64,000 nt of DNA, from the NCBI GenBank assembly GCA_002633005.1, contig NMRA01000433.1:124001-188000 (forward strand). The letters are read 5' to 3'. Of the stretch, positions 59,331-64,000 are shown one piece after another. This DNA is from Phoronis australis (Eukaryota; Animalia; Phoronida). Below the pieces are notes generated by a model. That model did no database searches. It had not been told where the DNA came from and saw only the letters and a list, made by a program, of their open reading frames with translations. The position numbers and the translations under genes are program-made. Each line of letters begins with the position of its first letter. Within the stretch, counting starts at the first letter, position 1.

Positions 59331-61605
59331 GTAACATCTATTACTAATCATGTTGCCAGCGAATTGGGTTTTACATAGACATTGTACATTTTATCTGGAC
59401 GTCGTCAAATCTTTGTTCCAGTCCTATAACTGTATCATTGATACCTGAGAATTTGATTCAACGTTGAGTTGTTTAACTGACGGCACGTAAAAAACTATGG
59501 GATGTCCCAATATTGGGTTTCTGGCAGCGTGCAGGAGTCGAGACCATAGGTGCGTGTGACACGGCCTTTGCAACATGTTTTGCTATTCTACTGGCGTTAT
59601 CAACTTCAACCCAACACTCATTTCTCCAGACGTCAGCCATATCACCATTCCCTTTGATTATCGTTATCATTTCGCATCAAACACCAACTCAGATTGCCTT
59701 TGTGGTAACGCGTTCTTACTTGTCCTCTCCTGATCCGTGCAGTGATACGTGTACGTTGATTAGGTTAGCTGCTTGAACGTGCAAATAAACAGATCACACT
59801 GTTGCTACTGATGAACATTAACTACAGGTGTAAGCGTAAAGTAAAGCAAGCGAATCTTTGTCACGTTTCCTTGCAGGATATGCACAGTGTATGGAAAATG
59901 AACTAAGTGTGCAAAGGAATTGAATGCCAATTGCATTCCAAACAGTTAAGGTTCTTGTGATATCTGTTTTAGTGCGCAAGTCTTGTCGATGGAGTTTCGG
60001 CTTGCCGCAACTCCAGCACCTGCAAGGCAGATGAATGTTGCGTTGTGCCTCTTAATCTAAAAGGAAAGCGTGCGATATTTAGTGGTGGCAAGGGGACGTG
60101 CAAACCATTGCAGCAGACAGGAGAGTGTAAGTCAAACCCCCGCCCAGATACATGGTGTTGTACACGATTACAGCAGTACATAACTGAGACCACCATTAGT
60201 GGTACATGAATAACCATTCACAATAGTGTCATTATTAATCACTCTCGCAAGTATCGCATCAAAGAAGCCGTTTTAAATCATTTGTTCCAACATAAATGTT
60301 CTCAATCCGAACTGAAAATTCTTCCGCCTGGCAAAACCAAAAATCATACGCTCTAACATTTTTCAATGTATGGCAAAGGCACTCAAATTGCTATTTGCTA
60401 TAATTTTCTATAATGATAATGATAATGATGAGGATGATGGTGGTGGGGGTGGTGATGTTGTGTGATGATGATGGTGGTGGGGGTGGTGATGGTGTGCGAT
60501 GATGGTGATGGTGGGGGCGGTGGTGTGTGATGATGATGGTGGTGGGGGTGGTGGTGTGTGATGATGGTGATGGTGGGGGTGATGTCAAAATCTTGATTAC
60601 TTTGACTGATCCTGTACACGCAATGAAACTGTTCGATACCATGAGTTACATGCGCTGGACTTCAAAATGCTATAACCATTGTCTGCAACTCTTCCACTTC
60701 AACAAAGATGCTATCTAAAAGGAAAGTTTCATCATTTTAATTTATGAAAATTTCAAACGTAATATAAAAGAAAAACGAACCATGGATTAGAAAATTGTAT
60801 CATAGTTTTGGAAAATTCATATTGGCTATTTTTGTATTCTGTTGGGCGTGTTACTGAAATCGTTAATTTGCGTTCCTTGATTTAGACTTATTTTCCCAAT
60901 AAGACATGTTTACGGTACATAACGTATTGGTATAATGTACAAAAATAAACCCTTCAAAATTTTCACTTTCACAAACAAATACTTTCGTGAGTTAAATTTT
61001 AAGGTTTTTGTCGTTGGTTAAATGCAACTACTTGAAAAGGCTATTGATCGCATGTACCTCCGAAAAGTCTTTATTTGGCAACCACCGAGGTTGAGAGAGT
61101 AAAACTTAATAGTATAAATAGTTGAGATAAATAAAACACATTCAGGGGATTCCATCTATTGTGCAACGACATTTTTTCAGACGGCATTATTGGGAGGTTG
61201 ACGGCTATTGAACGTGCAGTCATGTCATAAATAAATTGAAGCTGTAAACAACGTGACGGAACATACCTTCGTGTACGTTTGTTACGTGTTAGTTGGTCAG
61301 TTTCACCTGGAGCAAATATTTCGTTGTATCGGGAGTGCTTAGATATTTTCATCGAGTAAAAGCATTCTGTTGCGCCTTCTCCTGTGCACTGAATGAAACA
61401 AAACTAACCTATCCTATGGTGAAGTATTTACCGAACTCGAGTCAAGCATATACATGTATGAAGATATGTTTCAGCCTGTCTCGTTAATATCAAGGCTACC
61501 AAAAACTCTGTCGACCGGTGTTGGTGCGCTAAAGGGTTGACGTGCGTTGGGCAGAACGTATACGAGGTTCCCTACGGCGAACTCGGTAAGTGCATAAAGG
61601 TATGA
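59277..61605 (+). CDS. Secreted 10-cysteine colipase/prokineticin(astakine/MIT)-fold protein, 112 aa
   Basis: join(59277..59330,59973..60126,61475..61605) = 339 nt, GT-AG, open: MSHRIVLIVALVALTLLQ/CASLVDGVSACRNSSTCKADECCVVPLNLKGKRAIFSGGKGTCKPLQQTGE/SCLVNIKATKNSVDRCWCAKGLTCVGQNVYEVPYGELGKCIKV*. Signal peptide plus the pattern C-x5-C-x4-CC...C.PL...GE.C...CxC..GL.C...C. An acceptor at 59270 implies an upstream UTR exon. Confidence 0.88.
59973..60126 (+). CDS. Colipase/prokineticin-fold gene, coding exon 2
   Basis: ttttag|...|gtaagt; C..C..DECC..GKR..GTCKPL..GE. Confidence 0.9.
60408..60585. repeat. (GAT/GGT)n low-complexity tract in an intron
   Basis: Visible trinucleotide-rich run. Confidence 0.88.
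61475..61605 (+). CDS. Colipase/prokineticin-fold gene, coding exon 3
   Basis: tttcag|; (S)CLVNIKATKNSVDRCWCAKGLTCVGQNVYEVPYGELGKCIKV*. The 3' end is slightly uncertain because of a consensus donor at 61586. Confidence 0.85.
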
Positions 61606-61751
61606 AACGCCAAAGGGTTCTCAAACGAGTATCGTTCTGTGCGTAGAAATGTGCTTAAACGACGGGTGCTTTTGCTTAATTGTATAGGCCTACACGTACT
61701 TCTAATCAGTTCACGCGCGTTTTCTCAAATTTTAAAGAATTGAAAATAAGC

Positions 61752-61925
61752 GTATAGATTAAGCAAAAGTACGCGTTATTGGAAGTACGCGTAGATTAGG
61801 CAAAAGCACGCGTAAATTGCGCACAAGTAGGAGTAGATTGCACAAAAGTACACCTAGGTTAAGTGAAAGCACGCTTAAATTAAGCAAAAATACACGTAGA
61901 TTAAGTAAAAGTACTCGTAAACTTA
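61752..61925. repeat. Degenerate ~21-bp minisatellite (GCGTAGATTAAGCAAAAGTAC-like), about 8 units
   Basis: Head-to-tail units without unique spacers. Confidence 0.75.
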
Positions 61926-61959
61926 GCGCATTTCAACGCGTAGAAATGTACTCGTTTAA

Positions 61960-63645
61960 AGGAGAATGCCGCCCGATTTAATTAGATTTTTTGCCGTCTT
62001 AATCGGTCTATATCCACATCGCCTCGCATGCGGTCGACCTTACCTCGCCAAGAGGTGTCGCGTTAACCTGTGAGGAAGGTGAGAAACGACGCTAGCGACG
62101 TCAGTGGTTCATATGCAGAGTGAATGCCGCTATGTTGCGGTGCATCATTCTCGCTTGTCCGAAACACTAAGCAGCTACGAGGAAATCGGGTATATCGTTT
62201 TTTTTTTACTTCCTCGAGAGTCTGAAATGCTTAGGAAGTGGCTCATGGCAGTGAAGAATGAAATGTACGCTGTAAAGAGCAAGTATGAGGCCGTCGTGAA
62301 ACATCTCCGTGTCTTTGGCCTGCAGACGTCGACAGTGCAATGCCGGCTTACCAAATAACTCCATACGTTCCGTTGTCTGAGCTTGTTCACGGCACCTCTC
62401 TAGTATTTCTTCATCACTGTATTCCTGTTCGAATTGATAGCCTGTAAAACTTGACGATCACCAGCGAAGTCGGGACTGATGAGCTCTAGCTCGTCCTTAG
62501 TCGGGATTGCAACTGTTGCCATGTTGGCGTTTATTACTCAGCGTTCTGTTTCAAAATGAATTATTCTCACCCTAACCAATAGTTATATAAAACTGAAACA
62601 AAGTCTGTCTCATTAGATGCAATTTGTAATGCTTTTGCAGTGTTCGTGAGTGCAAATGATTTGAAAAGCCAGCAATGAATAAATCACTGCGTTACCGGCT
62701 TTAGGCGGTGCAATAAAACTAGTTGACGGGACACCGAGGCCGTGTGAGCTCATGCTTATTTAGTGTTTGCTGGCAGAAACTATTGTGAAACAACTCCATT
62801 TCCAACCCACGACCAGGTGTTAGGGGAATCTTTATTAACAATTACATTACTCAAATAATGATGGTCGATGTACAACTTCTGCCCTGACGGTGCTGTGGCC
62901 AAAGCGGAACCTGAATTTGTGGCCCCCGACGAGTAAGTAGATTTGCAAATTTGGCTAATTCACATAAATAATTATGTGTACATTACTTTGGCTCACTAGT
63001 ATGGTATTTTCTTGACTGGAAGTTTAGTTTCCACTGAACTTTGGCTGGTTTATGTTCGTGATGTCTGATCAGTTTCCGAGCCACTGGCCGCGTCAACGCC
63101 GGAGTCTATCCGGGCGGCCGCGACGGGCCTGATCGGGCTCCGAGCCACTGGCCAAGATAACAATCGTTTTGTGCTTAGAACTAAAAAAATCACAAGTCTA
63201 AAAAACATAAATCTAGGTTCTCCTGTCTGTATCTCACGGAAAATACTTTGAAATTATCTCCGAACAGACCCCAAACTCCTGCTACGGACCTAGTTGGCCT
63301 GCCGAACTTTGTAGGCTACGGTGTGTCCAAATACCAATAAATCCGTAAGAGCGAAATAAAACAACACGTTTTTATACGAACTCGGTGTATTTTTAAGGGT
63401 TTTACATCGAAGTTTGATGATTTATTGGTGTTAAACGATGACTTCAAGCGATAAGCTGACACCAGTAACCCGTTTTGTGAACTGCTGAACAAGACTGCGT
63501 GTGAAACCGATGACGTCATTGGATAATTTCAACACCTCTGTCTGCCGTCAGGTGTCAGGCAACGCAACCGTACGTGTCGTTATGGAGCAGAACTACTCGA
63601 TCTAAATTGATACAACTTAGGGTGTTTTTTGGGTGGCATGCTCCT
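61960..63645 (+). mobile_element. Non-autonomous Kolobok-like DNA transposon with THAP remnant (family 1, copy 2)
   Basis: TTAA (61956-61959) AGGAGAATGCCGCCC...GGGTGGCATGCTCCT TTAA (63646-63649); THAP remnant FFLLPRESEMLRKWLMAVKNE..YEAVVKHLRV. Inverted homologue of 8040-9655. Confidence 0.87.
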
Positions 63646-64000
63646 TTAAGAACTCTTTGGTGCTTCATACGAAGGACACGCAGAAACCACCATGATGGTC
63701 GGTGTAACCTGCTGCCCGATCTGCTGGGCCGTAATGCATTGTGGGTTGAACAGTGTGTAATAAAATGAAGTGTCATTAATCTCTTGTTCAACATCATCTG
63801 TAGCATGTCAAAGGTGATGTTAGTTTTAAGCGAGGGTTACCAGTAGGCTACTTGTACTTAGTTAAGGTGAGGTAACTTTTGCAAATAGTAGTCTGTATCA
63901 ACTATTCAAGTATCAATGCTCAGTTTATAAATTAACGCGGCGACTTCACTGTTGTTCACTTGAAATCTCCAGTTTGGAGTGGAGCCATAAGTAGCTGAAT

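Noticed and set aside
61752-61925. ~21-bp repeated units as a possible CRISPR array
   Set aside because: Units are degenerate and directly tandem with no unique spacers; the context is eukaryotic and no cas genes are present.
63680-63760. Cys-containing peptide MMVGVTCCPICWAVMHCGLNSV as an extra exon of the colipase-fold gene
   Set aside because: The acceptor is poor, and read-through at 61586 already supplies the tenth cysteine and a stop.

Overview
Eukaryotic, intron-rich, AT-rich DNA from a draft assembly with two N gaps and three single-N joins. The gene and transposon content suggests a marine invertebrate, probably a lophotrochozoan (inference). The real genes are spliced, so most of the ORF track is noise. 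Gene content read from the sequence: (1) the 5' part of a GT31 beta-1,3-galactosyltransferase-like gene on the minus strand, running off the left edge; (2) three paralogous pancreatic-lipase/phospholipase-A1-family genes. Lipase B (+, 280 aa) and lipase C (-, 300 aa) are complete 7-exon genes with signal peptides, and exons 3-7 of lipase A (+) are recognisable. All three keep the Ser-Asp-His triad, lack the C-terminal PLAT domain and have lost the lid together with its cysteines; (3) a 112-aa secreted 10-cysteine colipase/prokineticin-fold protein with three coding exons, head-to-head with lipase C and absent from the ORF track. The rest is non-autonomous DNA transposons (several Kolobok-like TTAA/THAP elements, one nested in another; an AT-TSD element; foldback elements; MITEs), a BEL/Pao LTR-gag fragment, two LINE relics and microsatellites. 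Three duplicated blocks each begin at a single-N join and look like stacked alternative haplotypes, which expose empty and filled TE insertion sites. No CRISPR array, rRNA or intact tRNA was seen.
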